The notes: generated by a model from the letters alone, not told the origin. A stretch of DNA of 64,000 bases from an uncultured Gammaproteobacteria bacterium (GCA_964490105.1 CAZAZU010000003.1:245-64244), one strand, 5' to 3'. Shown: positions 1 to 10,242, counted from the first letter of the stretch. Program-made: numbers and translations.

Positions 1-1
1 C

Positions 2-514
2 TCTCCGGATTATGAACTAAGATGCGCTATTCTTCTTACTAAAGCTAAAAAGTTCAACTTTGATTTAGATATTGAGACGGCTAAGATTATCGCTCAAAAA
101 ACAGAGGACACAAGAGAACTCGAAGGACTTCTTTTAAGGGTTATGACCGAAGCCTCCAATGAAAACAGCGGTGCCAGTCCGGGATTAGCTGAAAAAGCGC
201 TTAAATCTAACGATGATCTTAGACGGGAGCTTCGACCTGAAGATGTAATCAATAGCATATGCGAGTTTTATCAGATCAAACCTACACAGCTTAAAGGAAC
301 CAAAAGAGATGCAAAATTAGTAAGAGCTAGGCAAGCTTGCATGTACGTATTAAAGAAGGAGAGTGGGCTAACTTTTTCTGAAATTGGAAATTTACTAGGC
401 GGAAGAGATCACACAACCATAATGCATGGGGTAGAAAAAATTGAAGGATTAATCTCTGCTCACAAGCTGACTGAAGAGTCACTGGGAATAAAAGAACTAA
501 GCCAAAAAAACTAA
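2..514 (+). CDS. dnaA: Chromosomal replication initiator DnaA, C-terminal part; 5' end lies outside the window
   Basis: Frame 2 is open from position 2 to TAA at 512-514. Domain IV signature ...KGTKRDAKLVRARQACMYVLKKESGLTFSEIGNLLGGRDHTTIMHGVEKIE is the DnaA HTH DNA-binding domain. dnaN follows. Confidence 0.9.
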   Translation, partial: SPDYELRCAILLTKAKKFNFDLDIETAKIIAQKTEDTRELEGLLLRVMTEASNENSGASPGLAEKALKSNDDLRRELRPEDVINSICEFYQIKPTQLKGTKRDAKLVRARQACMYVLKKESGLTFSEIGNLLGGRDHTTIMHGVEKIEGLISAHKLTEESLGIKELSQKN

Positions 515-674
515 TGTTGAAAACTATTTTAAATTTATACACATATGAAAACTGAAAACTTATCAACCCGTAATCCACATAAGTTATCTACAAGTTATCC
601 ACATTTTTCTAGCCACGAATCGTTGCTTTTTTCCACTTTTCCTGGTAACCTACTACAACTACAAATTAATATAT
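515..674. promoter_or_regulatory. Candidate oriC segment in the dnaA-dnaN spacer with three DnaA boxes and an AT-rich stretch
   Basis: TAATCCACA at 571-579, TTATCTACA at 584-592 and perfect-consensus TTATCCACA at 595-603, all direct and spaced 4-13 bp apart. AT-rich 515-560. Classic dnaA-dnaN context. Confidence 0.6.
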
Positions 675-1790
675 ATGTTTAGAGCCACAGTATTATCTTC
701 TAATTTGAGAGCTGGGATATCTTTCGCAAATCATGCAATTTCTTCTAGAAGTCAGTTACCGATTCTTTTGAATTTTTTATTAAGCGCAAGAGACGGGAAT
801 GTGTTTATATCAGCTACAGATTTGGAAATAGGAATAATAATTAAAATTCCAGCAAAAGTAGAAGAAGAGGGAGAGGTAAGTATCTCCGCTAAGACATTTG
901 TAGACTTGGTTTCAAACATAGACCAGGAAAAGCTTACCCTTGAGCTTAAGGAAAATGTGTTAATGCTTCAGGCCGACAAGCTTAAAACCTCATTTCCAAC
1001 ACTTTTAGCCCAAGAATTCCCAAAGCTCTATGAAACAAAAGGGGAAAAGCAAGCCGAATTTAAGAAAGAAGAATTAGAGAAAGAAATACAGAAAATAGTT
1101 TTTTCCTCAGCGGGGGATATGGGTAGACCTGCTTTGTCAGGAGTTCTAATAAGAAAAAATTCAAACGGGGAAATTGTCGTAGTTGCAACAGATGGATATA
1201 GGTTGTCTTTGAAGCAGGGTTTATCTGAAAAATTAAAAGCAGGGGAGAGCATGGACCTTTTAGTTCCAGCCAGGGTAATTAAGGAACTAGCCGGTCTAAA
1301 AGAGGAGAGCGAGAACATCACTCTTTATGTGGTAAAAGAGGGAAACCAGGTGCTGTTTGAGTGCGGAGATGCGACAATTATCGGGAGGCTTATTGAAGCA
1401 GAATATCCCGATTACCAGAAGATAATTCCAGACGAGTCTACAACTAAAGCAGTTTTTGATAAAAACCAAGCCCATCAGGCTGTTAGGGCATGTTCTGTGT
1501 TTGCAAGGGAAGCTGCAAATATCGTAAAAATGAACATTGGAAACGGAAAAGTGGTTTTTTCCGCAAGCGCGTCCTCGGTGGGGGAGAATGAGGTAGAAAT
1601 TGAAGCAAAAACAACTGGGGAAGAGAACGAAATAGCGTTTAATGCTAGATATTTACTTGAGTTTTTCTCAGCAATTGACGGAGAAGAGGTGTCGTTTGAG
1701 ATGACAGGACCGCTTAGTCCGGGAGTATTTAAGATTGAAAAAGAACCATCATATCTCCACCTAATAATGCCGATCAGAATTACAGACTAG
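675..1790 (+). CDS. dnaN: DNA polymerase III beta sliding clamp
   Basis: 371 aa directly downstream of dnaA. Length and three-domain-like layout typical of DnaN. Conserved position. Confidence 0.8.
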   Translation: MFRATVLSSNLRAGISFANHAISSRSQLPILLNFLLSARDGNVFISATDLEIGIIIKIPAKVEEEGEVSISAKTFVDLVSNIDQEKLTLELKENVLMLQADKLKTSFPTLLAQEFPKLYETKGEKQAEFKKEELEKEIQKIVFSSAGDMGRPALSGVLIRKNSNGEIVVVATDGYRLSLKQGLSEKLKAGESMDLLVPARVIKELAGLKEESENITLYVVKEGNQVLFECGDATIIGRLIEAEYPDYQKIIPDESTTKAVFDKNQAHQAVRACSVFAREAANIVKMNIGNGKVVFSASASSVGENEVEIEAKTTGEENEIAFNARYLLEFFSAIDGEEVSFEMTGPLSPGVFKIEKEPSYLHLIMPIRITD

Positions 1791-1793
1791 ATT

Positions 1794-2363
1794 TTATTCT
1801 AATCCATGGTTTGGTTTCTCAAAACCCAATTCAAGAGGTTTGGCAACGTTCTTTAGGAATTCTTCACGGCTTTGAGGTGAGAAATAGATTATTTTAACAA
1901 TATCCTCATCGTTAAACGATGAAATTCCAACCCCACCGTCGAGAAAAATGTAATATGAGATAACCTCATCGTAAGGATCATACATTTTTAAATCTGGTTC
2001 TCCATACTTTTTTTTATAGTCACTTAATTTCCCTCTGGAAGAATCGAAGACATTTTCAACGGAATACTTAACCTTATCATTTTCAATAGTTATTGAATTT
2101 TTATAATCTTCAGAACGAGTATTGTATAAAAGATTGGTTCTGTTCCCGTCTTCTTCTATCGAAACAGGCTCTCCTTTTAGTTTGACAACGTCTTCTCTTG
2201 AAGCTTCTCCTGGTTTTAGTTTTTCGAAATCGCTAGTTTTACTAAATATATTATTGACAGCGCCGTCTGTAGTAAATATCAAAAAAGAGATTATTATAAA
2301 AATTATAATGAATGTTCCCGCGAGGGTAATTAATAGTTTGTCAGAAATGTTTAACCTGTTCAT
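1794..2363 (-). CDS. Hypothetical membrane-anchored protein with N-terminal TM helix; last gene of the minus-strand T4SS-like block
   Basis: 189-aa ORF. N-terminal hydrophobic helix LLITLAGTFIIIFIIISFLIF. No recognisable domain. Confidence 0.4.
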   Translation of the reverse strand: MNRLNISDKLLITLAGTFIIIFIIISFLIFTTDGAVNNIFSKTSDFEKLKPGEASREDVVKLKGEPVSIEEDGNRTNLLYNTRSEDYKNSITIENDKVKYSVENVFDSSRGKLSDYKKKYGEPDLKMYDPYDEVISYYIFLDGGVGISSFNDEDIVKIIYFSPQSREEFLKNVAKPLELGFEKPNHGLE

Positions 2364-2365
2364 TA

Positions 2366-3184
2366 TTAGTTAAATTCGTATCCTCCGTATACATTATCTT
2401 TTGCCCATTTATAGATTGATGGACATTCATTTTTAAAGTTATTTATATTGGCATATTCTCCGTCTTTTTTATTATACACGTATAATGCCATAGCTTCAGC
2501 GCTCGATTCGCTTACAAGCGAATAGGAAGACAAGCCTCTTCTGTTGTATGTCTTAATAACACCTTCTGAGGCAAAGCAATTAGGGTCTTCTCTCATAAGT
2601 CTTGTTCTTGGAAACTCCTGCTGAAGGAGTCTGTAATGCCTTTGCTTCATTAAATGACCGGTTTCATGAAGATATAGGAATGCATAAGGAGCGAACGTAC
2701 TAGTTGCGATTTTTGAACAATTGCTAAATTTAATAACCTGTGAATCATAAACTCTGCCCGCTGCTCCCAACACGCTGCTGTTGTTATAGCACTCGATGGA
2801 AAACTTATCGCCTGGTTCAAGGAGCTTAAGGAATCTTGAAGACGCTGAAGGTATTCTATATGCTTTATGAATTCCTTGTCTGGCAGCGCAATTTACGTTT
2901 TCGGCGGGAGCATAATTGTCAGGCCATCCGCTTCCTCCCTCTTTTATTATTACGCCAAAATCGTCTCTTAATCTTTGGTCTATGCTTCCGCAGTCGGGGG
3001 CTGGTCCTGTGTCTGGGCCTGGGTTTGGACCAGGGTCGCCCTCGTCGCTTCCCAGCCCTACGATGGTAGTAACAGCATCGATAATAAAGTTTTCCTGAGA
3101 TTGTGCGAGCGCTGATTTAGAAAAACTCAAAAAAGTAATCAGGGCAACAACCAAAAACAAAAAAATTTTTTTCACTCCAAACAT
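2366..3184 (-). CDS. Secreted protein with HExxH motif; putative zinc metallopeptidase
   Basis: Signal peptide MFGVKKIFLFLVVALITFLSFSKSALA. LYLHETGHLMKQRH contains HETGH (zincin-like HExxH). 2-bp gap to the next gene. Confidence 0.35.
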   Translation of the reverse strand: MFGVKKIFLFLVVALITFLSFSKSALAQSQENFIIDAVTTIVGLGSDEGDPGPNPGPDTGPAPDCGSIDQRLRDDFGVIIKEGGSGWPDNYAPAENVNCAARQGIHKAYRIPSASSRFLKLLEPGDKFSIECYNNSSVLGAAGRVYDSQVIKFSNCSKIATSTFAPYAFLYLHETGHLMKQRHYRLLQQEFPRTRLMREDPNCFASEGVIKTYNRRGLSSYSLVSESSAEAMALYVYNKKDGEYANINNFKNECPSIYKWAKDNVYGGYEFN

Positions 3185-3222
3185 ATTTTATGCACTTAAA
3201 AAATAAAAAAGCAAATTAACAT

Positions 3223-5745
3223 TTAATTATTAACTACGCGAGGAATGCATGAATTGTTGCAGGCAGCCGGGGTTTGAATTTTTCGCGCATCTTCTATGTC
3301 TCCACAAAGCTTGCGATTGTTTCTGTATTTTGGATAATAGCAAAAGCAGTATGCCGTTTGCCAGGCCTCGAAATTGTTGCCAAGGCCAGCTTGAACTTTA
3401 TTGTATGAGACTGCGTTTTGAGCTTGTCTTTGCCATGGGACATCTCCCTTTGTATTTTTTTCCTCATTCCATGGCTTGAAAGGATCTACTCGTCCATTTG
3501 TGTAGCTTGAGTCCATTTGAAAATGTCCCCAGGTGTTATTACTTGATCCATATCCATTGGGGCCGTTGCCTACGGATTCGCATTGAGCTATTTTTACGAA
3601 GAAGTCTACTTTTTCCGGATCACTTTCAAAGCGAGACAATACCTGTCGTAGTTTTTCAAGAGAGAAGTTGCATAAGGGATCTCCGAAATTTGCAGCATTC
3701 ACGTTAAATCTTCTTCGGATAGTGCTCATAATACTTGCATAGTTGGCATTCCCGCAGTCGTCTGTTGTTGGCGGGCTATTTGCGCCTTCAAACAGGTCTC
3801 CGCTGTCATCAGGAGTTGAGATTTCCGCAGCGCACCCCTCAATATATATTCGATTAGTGATGGTTACGTCGTCTTCGGGGTTAATAGTTATCTTGAAAGT
3901 AAAGCTCATGGGGGCAAATCCTTTACTTGACGCTAGGTTTTCTGTTAGCTTCCATTTCACGATCGTTTCTGGATCTGAATCAATTCTATAGCTGCCAGTT
4001 GTAAGCTCAGATCCTTCTACGAGGGTTGACTGCGGCGGGATCGCATCTACGAATGTAATGTCCTCAAGATCGCATTTCGCTTCGCGTGAATCATGAATCA
4101 GCCCAATTTGATAGGTAATATTCTCGCCGTTTGATATTTCGCGAGGCCCGACCTTAAAATAAGAAATACCCGCATAAGGACTCTCTACAATAGCCTCCTC
4201 AGGTATAAGAGTATCGTCTCCTGACGGGGCAAAGAATATGGAAAAAATCGTTATAACAAGAAAAATTATTAATGCAATTAGGATTGCAAGCGGTAGGCTA
4301 ACGGCTGAAAGGGAGACGCCAATGCCTGTTAAAATTTTCGCAAGCACTATGGACGCAACACTTATAACTGTTCCTCCGATTCCTAAAATACTACCGGCAA
4401 TTGCGCTAAGCGCTGTGGTAAAAACTCCTCCGATGGCGCTGGCAACAGAGCCGATCAAGGATCTTTTAAACAAATTCAGAAGAAAATTCAGGGGATTAGT
4501 TAAGTTTTTTAATTTTTTACTAGCTAGATTAAGTCTTGAACTTAGTTTTCCAAGTTTCGTTTTTTGAAAACGTTGCCCTATCTTAGAATTGACAGCTCTG
4601 TGTTGTGCACTTGCTATTGCCCTGCTTCTAATTTGTCCCGGGGAGTAGTAGACTAATTTGCTGCGGAGAGTTTTATTGGCCTGGGGGGGCGCTGACTGAC
4701 CCCCTTTTAACGTATTCGGAGTAGTTTTATTTGCAAGAGTGTTTGGGGGTTGTGCGCCCGGTAGGGTATTAGATGGAATAGGAGTCCATGCTGTTGTGTT
4801 GGGCTGTGCTTGCTGCGAGGGGTTTAAGGGCTGGGGAATATTTGCAGTTGGATTTCTCCTAAGCGCTTTTGATAATCTGCTTTGATTTTGAATAGCTGCG
4901 GCTTCATCTCTTTGTCTTCTTCTTTCAATTGCGGCATAAAGCTCTGGGTCATTATATTTTTGCGCCCATTCTCTTGCGAGCTTTGGTGAATGTAGGGCTA
5001 TGTGGTCATGGATTTCTTCATTGGAACGAGAAATTGACATCGCTCGATCCCCGGTTCTTCTAGAAGGGTCTTTTTGATCCCATGCTTTTGTAGCGTTTGC
5101 TACATATTGTTTCCGTATTTGATCGAACTGAGCGTAGTCAAGATTTTTTCCCCTTGCGTCCCATCTGTTGATTGCCTGAGCAAGCTCCATATCGTTCGGG
5201 TTTTTACTTGCCCACTCTCTGGCCTTTTTCTCAAAATATCCCACGAGATAATCGTGTCTTTCGGCTTCCGCACGGTCATATGCCTCCTGCTGAGTGCCCG
5301 CCCTATTTGGATCTTTTTTTCTTTTTGGGTTTTTTTGAAGCTTTTTTTCCTCTTTTTCCCAGCGTTTTGCAAAAATTTCTCCGTATTCATTAGAGTGTTT
5401 CTTGAATTGCTCGTAAGTCATTTCTTTGTCTCGTAAAAGTTTTATTCCTCCAATTGTCAATCCTACCGCACCTAGTCCAGGCAGAGTAGATGATGTTTCT
5501 TTTGATGTGGAGGGTTTTGCTGATTCAATTGATATTTCAGCGCCTAAGGACCTTGCTGTTCCAAGATCTGCCCTCCCCTGCCAAAGCCCTAATGAATTTA
5601 GAAGTCCATTGTTCGTTAAGATTTTTTCGAATTCTGCAAAGTCTTTAGTTGTTAAGATTGCGTTTTGATCAGCAGGGGAGAGGTTTTCGATTTGCTTAGC
5701 AAACCATCTAGCATTCTCTATGATTAATTTTGAATCATCGGCCAT
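3223..5745 (-). CDS. Large membrane protein with C-terminal lysozyme-like (Rpf/transglycosylase-like) domain; candidate T4SS-associated peptidoglycan hydrolase (VirB1 analog)
   Basis: 840 aa. Central Gly/Ala/Ser-rich multi-TM segment (GSVASAIGGVFTTALSAIAGSILGIGG...IFLVITIFSIFF). C-terminal KIAQCESVGNGPNGYGSSNNTWGHFQM resembles the CESGGNW...GYYGGLQFS..TW transglycosylase-like motif. Lies immediately downstream of VirB4. Confidence 0.5.
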   Translation of the reverse strand: MADDSKLIIENARWFAKQIENLSPADQNAILTTKDFAEFEKILTNNGLLNSLGLWQGRADLGTARSLGAEISIESAKPSTSKETSSTLPGLGAVGLTIGGIKLLRDKEMTYEQFKKHSNEYGEIFAKRWEKEEKKLQKNPKRKKDPNRAGTQQEAYDRAEAERHDYLVGYFEKKAREWASKNPNDMELAQAINRWDARGKNLDYAQFDQIRKQYVANATKAWDQKDPSRRTGDRAMSISRSNEEIHDHIALHSPKLAREWAQKYNDPELYAAIERRRQRDEAAAIQNQSRLSKALRRNPTANIPQPLNPSQQAQPNTTAWTPIPSNTLPGAQPPNTLANKTTPNTLKGGQSAPPQANKTLRSKLVYYSPGQIRSRAIASAQHRAVNSKIGQRFQKTKLGKLSSRLNLASKKLKNLTNPLNFLLNLFKRSLIGSVASAIGGVFTTALSAIAGSILGIGGTVISVASIVLAKILTGIGVSLSAVSLPLAILIALIIFLVITIFSIFFAPSGDDTLIPEEAIVESPYAGISYFKVGPREISNGENITYQIGLIHDSREAKCDLEDITFVDAIPPQSTLVEGSELTTGSYRIDSDPETIVKWKLTENLASSKGFAPMSFTFKITINPEDDVTITNRIYIEGCAAEISTPDDSGDLFEGANSPPTTDDCGNANYASIMSTIRRRFNVNAANFGDPLCNFSLEKLRQVLSRFESDPEKVDFFVKIAQCESVGNGPNGYGSSNNTWGHFQMDSSYTNGRVDPFKPWNEEKNTKGDVPWQRQAQNAVSYNKVQAGLGNNFEAWQTAYCFCYYPKYRNNRKLCGDIEDARKIQTPAACNNSCIPRVVNN

Positions 5746-5747
5746 AG

Positions 5748-7724
5748 TTACGTGCTTTTATCAAAATCGGAAAACCCAGGAATAACTTGAGGCTGAGGCG
5801 AAGCTTGAACGCTTGAAATGCCACTATTTGCGCTCGGCTGCTGAATGGGTTGAGCGTTCAATTCTGGACCTGGTAATCCTGACGTGTTTGCAAATGAAGT
5901 ATCGTTCATTATTTTTTCCTGCTGAGCCCTTTTTAGAAGTTCCTCGGGATTTGAGGTTATTAAATTGTGCTCGAAGGGGGCCGAAAGAACCTTCATAGAT
6001 ACATGACTTTGACCTGCGAAAAATAGTCCTTCCCCGACATTTGCCGAAAGAAGAAGCTGTTTTTCTTGCTCTGAAAGATAAAAAATCTCCGATACTAGAT
6101 CAACTTCGGTAGGGCTTTGCTTTAAAAGCATTTGAATGGATGAGTTGGAAAGTATTGCTTTTCCATAGTCAGTAGAAAGAAAATCTTGAACATCTTGCGT
6201 TGCGGTAGTTAATGCTAAGTAGTATTTTCTCGCTCTCTTAGCTACCCCATGGATAAAAGAGGCTGAATCTTGGTATTTCATTAAATACCATGCCTCATCT
6301 AAAACCAATAGACGTTTTTTGAGGTCTTTTCTAACCCTTGTCCAAATAAAATCTAAGATTATATGCATGGCAACAGGGCGTAGTTGATCTTCAAGTCCCT
6401 GAGTGGAAAAAGCTGTAAGAGGATTTTTGATATCGAAATTTGATTGTTGGTTAAAGATTCCCGCCATGCTCCCTTTTATAAATTTTTCCAGCCTTAGAGC
6501 AAGATCCCTTGATACTTGATCTTCATTCCCAATCAAAACCTTATAAAGGTCTTCCATGAGGGGTGGTTCCTTGGTTTGCGTAGTTGGATCTGCGGTGATC
6601 CCCTTTTGCTTATAGGTTTCGACTAGTGCTCTGTCTAATATTGCGTCATATGAAGCGTCAAGGTCTCCCATGACTATCCTAAGAAGCGCATGAAGCGATA
6701 AGATTTTAAGACCCAACTCGTTTTCTCCCTCTTCATATCTTCCTGAAAGATCAAACGGATTAATTTTAACGGGTGAAGCTGGAGTAAACTCTATGTATTC
6801 TCCTCCCATGGTTCTTGTTAGAATTCCATATTCGCCTTCAGGGTCTATTACTATCACTTCGGTTCCAAACATAAACTGCCTCATGACCTCAAGTTTTATT
6901 AAATACGATTTTCCGGATCCTGATTTTCCAAAAACTACTTCGTTTCCGTTCTCAAGAGAATAGCGGTCGAAAATTATAAGCGAGCCGTTAAGTTGATTAA
7001 TTCCATACATTACGCCTTTGTCTTGCGTTAATGTGGCAGAAGTGAAAGGGAAAGTGGACGCAAGGGACGTGGTATCCATATTTCTGGGAAGAAATAATTG
7101 ATCTTCGGCTAAAGGAATTGTAGATTTGAATCCGTCTTCCATTTGAAGCGTGGCTGGTTTTGCTATAACAAGAATAGAGGCGAGTAGAGTCTTAAGTCTT
7201 TTAGATGCCTCATCAAGCTCGTGTTTTTCTTCCGATACTAAGGTGATGTAAAGACTGAATTGAAAGAATCTCTCAATACCTTTCGCTAGCTCTTCCTGTA
7301 CCGCGAGCGCATCTTCAAGAGCTGCTTGTACCTTAGGGTCTAAAACTTTATTGTTTTGCTGTTGCTCCATTAAGGTTGCTTCCATTTCACCAATCTTCCT
7401 TCTCAGGTCATCAAGAGCATCGGGAGATGACGTTGGATAGCAGAACATTGAGATATTTAAGGAATGATCGAAATCAATTAATGGCTCAAGCCAATTTGGA
7501 GAAACAAATCTGGGATATCCTACCACAAAAAAAGTTTTATAGAATTTTTCTCCTACGCGAATATGCCCAAAATCTACCTCAATCGATGCTGGAGCGATTA
7601 TGTCAGTAACAGAATTCATTCCCCTTTCGATTCTGTTTATCCCTGCATTTGCTGGATGAGCCGTTGCCCCAGGGATAGAATGTTGTGGGGATTGAATTGT
7701 TTTATTTTTGTTAAATAATTTCAT
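5748..7724 (-). CDS. virB4: VirB4/TrsE/CagE-family type IV secretion ATPase
   Basis: 658 aa. Walker A GKSGSGKS, DPEGEY motif, Walker B LLVLDEAWYLM, then ...TATQDVQD. Overall VirB4-like architecture. 4-nt overlap with the upstream gene. Confidence 0.85.
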   Translation of the reverse strand: MKLFNKNKTIQSPQHSIPGATAHPANAGINRIERGMNSVTDIIAPASIEVDFGHIRVGEKFYKTFFVVGYPRFVSPNWLEPLIDFDHSLNISMFCYPTSSPDALDDLRRKIGEMEATLMEQQQNNKVLDPKVQAALEDALAVQEELAKGIERFFQFSLYITLVSEEKHELDEASKRLKTLLASILVIAKPATLQMEDGFKSTIPLAEDQLFLPRNMDTTSLASTFPFTSATLTQDKGVMYGINQLNGSLIIFDRYSLENGNEVVFGKSGSGKSYLIKLEVMRQFMFGTEVIVIDPEGEYGILTRTMGGEYIEFTPASPVKINPFDLSGRYEEGENELGLKILSLHALLRIVMGDLDASYDAILDRALVETYKQKGITADPTTQTKEPPLMEDLYKVLIGNEDQVSRDLALRLEKFIKGSMAGIFNQQSNFDIKNPLTAFSTQGLEDQLRPVAMHIILDFIWTRVRKDLKKRLLVLDEAWYLMKYQDSASFIHGVAKRARKYYLALTTATQDVQDFLSTDYGKAILSNSSIQMLLKQSPTEVDLVSEIFYLSEQEKQLLLSANVGEGLFFAGQSHVSMKVLSAPFEHNLITSNPEELLKRAQQEKIMNDTSFANTSGLPGPELNAQPIQQPSANSGISSVQASPQPQVIPGFSDFDKST

Positions 7725-8383
7725 TTTACTAGCCCTGTGTTTGGTTTTGCGCCCTTAACAATGGTGTCGCTAATGCCGTCTGAGATATGGGCACCACTGT
7801 CAGAATTGTAAATTTCATAAAAAAGCCTAATGAGTTCGTTTTTTTCAAGAATTTTTGATTTTACACCTGCTCTCATGAGCTCCTGAATGACAGATTGAGC
7901 TTTTGACATAAGAAGATTTCTAGCGTCAATGATTACCGCTTGTTTATTTTTAGCGTTTGAGACGCCACTGACTCCTTTTTCGAGAAAGGAAAATGAAATA
8001 GCAATATAGAATTTTTTATCAAGCACAGACTTATCGCGAACGAGTTGCGAGACAAAATCCTTATACATATTTATTTGAGCTGCAAGATTTGGATTAAGAG
8101 CTTTTTGAGCCTGCTGTTCCAGGAGCGTTACATATGAGCTTATGTCTAATTTTCTGCTTAAAATAACAATCTGAATCGGAAAAGAAAGGGAGTTTAGAAG
8201 GGAGGCATATGAAAGAATTTTTGCCTGCTGTTCTTCGTTTGATTGTAAAGCAAAATTTGTAGCTACGATCTCCATAATCAGGCAGGCATTCCCTCCAGAA
8301 AGAATAACCATATTTTCAACAATGTCTTCGATTTCTATAAATTTTTGCGTTGTTGCAGTTATTTTCTGAGCAGAGTTTTTCAT
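7721..8383 (-). CDS. Hypothetical protein inside the T4SS-like operon
   Basis: 220 aa with no TM segment. ATGA overlap with virB4 suggests translational coupling. Confidence 0.4.
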   Translation of the reverse strand: MKNSAQKITATTQKFIEIEDIVENMVILSGGNACLIMEIVATNFALQSNEEQQAKILSYASLLNSLSFPIQIVILSRKLDISSYVTLLEQQAQKALNPNLAAQINMYKDFVSQLVRDKSVLDKKFYIAISFSFLEKGVSGVSNAKNKQAVIIDARNLLMSKAQSVIQELMRAGVKSKILEKNELIRLFYEIYNSDSGAHISDGISDTIVKGAKPNTGLVK

Positions 8384-9663
8384 TAGTTAAAAAGCTCCCT
8401 TCTTAATTCTTCTCTTGAGTCAACCGAGAGTATCTCAAGCGGCATAATAGGTGCGCCCGTAGCTTCAATTTCCACCGCATCGAATCTGTTTTGAGCTTTA
8501 GGATCTTCAAATGTGATTATGTATTTCCCGTTTGAAAGGGAGGTGGCAGCTGCGAATTGCCCAAGTCCGTTAGTTTTAAACGCTCTTACAGGGTTGTCCT
8601 GAGGATCTTTAACCTCTACGAGTATATTGGGTAAGGGATTACCTCGGGGATCCTTTACAATGCCTGTTATGAGATTTGGCTCTTGTGTGGCAGCGGGAAT
8701 TCCTATGCTTTTTTCCATTCCCGGAGGAACTTTTCTTACCCTCTGAGTTTGGGGAAGGGTATTAAGAGTTGTAGGATTAAACTTAGGTTGGGTTTGTCCT
8801 TCGAGCTTTGCCTTAAGCGATAAAAGTTCTTTTTCAAGCTCCTCTCTCTGTCTTGTAGCTTCAATTAATGCTTTTTCAAGTTCCTGAGTTTTTTGATGCA
8901 TGGTTCCAGCATTTGCGATATTAGTTTCTGTGTTCTCGAGCGCTTTTGCTTCCTCAAGCTCTTTTTGAAGCGTAGATACTTCAGCTTCGAGCTTTTTTTC
9001 GTTTTCTTCAATTTTTTCTTCAGCTTCCTCAGCTTTTGCATCAACAAGGTCATCTAGGTTCCCTGAAAGCATTGCTGGCTGAGTATTATCCGGAAGCTCT
9101 ACCACTTTGCCAGGCATATCAGTTGGAGCTTGAGTAGGCGGAGCTGGTTGAATTTGCGGTTGAATTGCCTGGATCTGAGGTGATTCTTGGGCAGGTTGGG
9201 GCATTTGCTGAAAGACTTGGAGTGGTTGTTGAATAGGCTGCTGAGCAATTGCCTGAACGGGCTGCGCCTGTTGGGGCTTAGTCTGTTCTTGCTGATTACT
9301 TAATATAATATTTTGAGGCCGAGCTTGTTGAATAGTCTGATTGGGGACTGAAGCAAGACTGCCTCCTGATTTTTTATAAATATATTGAGTTGGTGCAAAC
9401 ATAGCCTTGATTAGATTAATAATCATTACATCTAGGGGTCGTCCGTCTACGGGTATGAAGGCTAAGGCTACTCCTAATCCCAGGAACAGGAGCGCCAATG
9501 GGAGTTTAATTATAAGGAAAATAGGTAGTATAAAAAAACAAAACCATGCTAGGACAGTGCCTCCAGCTAGATATGCAAATTGCTTAACGGTCATATTGCC
9601 GATAAGCTTAAATTGAAACCCCGTAATGTCTTGCGGTATTGGATGATTCTCCATAGGCAGCAA
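8383..9663 (-). CDS. Membrane protein with two N-terminal TM helices (VirB3-like position), Q/P-rich linker, coiled coil and C-terminal CarboxypepD_reg-like beta-sandwich
   Basis: TM helices AYLAGGTVLAWFCFFILPIFLIIKLPLALLFLGLGVALAFIP. QQP-rich low-complexity region. Heptad-like EEAEEKIEENEKKLEAEVSTLQKELEEAKALE. C-terminus GIVKDPRGNPLPNILVEVKD...TNGLGQF...GKYIITFE. Confidence 0.45.
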   Translation of the reverse strand: MLPMENHPIPQDITGFQFKLIGNMTVKQFAYLAGGTVLAWFCFFILPIFLIIKLPLALLFLGLGVALAFIPVDGRPLDVMIINLIKAMFAPTQYIYKKSGGSLASVPNQTIQQARPQNIILSNQQEQTKPQQAQPVQAIAQQPIQQPLQVFQQMPQPAQESPQIQAIQPQIQPAPPTQAPTDMPGKVVELPDNTQPAMLSGNLDDLVDAKAEEAEEKIEENEKKLEAEVSTLQKELEEAKALENTETNIANAGTMHQKTQELEKALIEATRQREELEKELLSLKAKLEGQTQPKFNPTTLNTLPQTQRVRKVPPGMEKSIGIPAATQEPNLITGIVKDPRGNPLPNILVEVKDPQDNPVRAFKTNGLGQFAAATSLSNGKYIITFEDPKAQNRFDAVEIEATGAPIMPLEILSVDSREELRRELFN

Positions 9664-9789
9664 ACAAAATAACTACTAGTATCTAGTACCTATTTACTAG
9701 CTAATAGAATATAACGTGAAAAAAAGGGATTCAAGGCGATCGAAATAGATCAGTTTTAGAGAAAAATGAAGCTAATTGTGAAAACCTCT

Positions 9790-10197
9790 TTAAGGAGTAA
9801 AGCAGGATCCTGATCTGCACTGTTGGATGTCTGGGCGCGGACAATCAAAGCGATCCGTACAAGGGACACATTGGGAAAACCCAAACCGGGTTATGCAGGC
9901 CTCTCTTACTCCGGTAGCCTTTGCAATAACAGGTAAGATTATAAAAGACAAAAGAATCAAAACAAAACCAAGCACAGCGAACGTGAGAGTTTTCCTCGCT
10001 CCTTCTGCTTGCTTAGGATCTCCACCAGAGGTTACAAACTTAAATCCACTAATAATAATAAAGATAATAGCTACGAGCCCTGATAAAACCAATAACCAGA
10101 AAATAACATTTCCGACTATGACCGGGAAACAGTTGACCGTAGCGACTTGATCGCCTCCTCCTACTAAACAACCGCTATCTTTTAATGCTTGCCACAT
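9790..10197 (-). CDS. VirB2/TrbC-like two-TM pilin-like protein, paralog 1, with Cys-rich C-terminal tail
   Basis: 135 aa. Hydrophobic hairpin around the conserved TSGGDPKQAEGARKTLTFAVLGFVLILLSFI motif. C-terminal 8-Cys tail. Confidence 0.55.
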   Translation of the reverse strand: MWQALKDSGCLVGGGDQVATVNCFPVIVGNVIFWLLVLSGLVAIIFIIISGFKFVTSGGDPKQAEGARKTLTFAVLGFVLILLSFIILPVIAKATGVREACITRFGFSQCVPCTDRFDCPRPDIQQCRSGSCFTP

Positions 10198-10242
10198 AGA
10201 GTTAGCGTAACAAAGAGAGATTTAAAAAACAAGGGGAATAGA

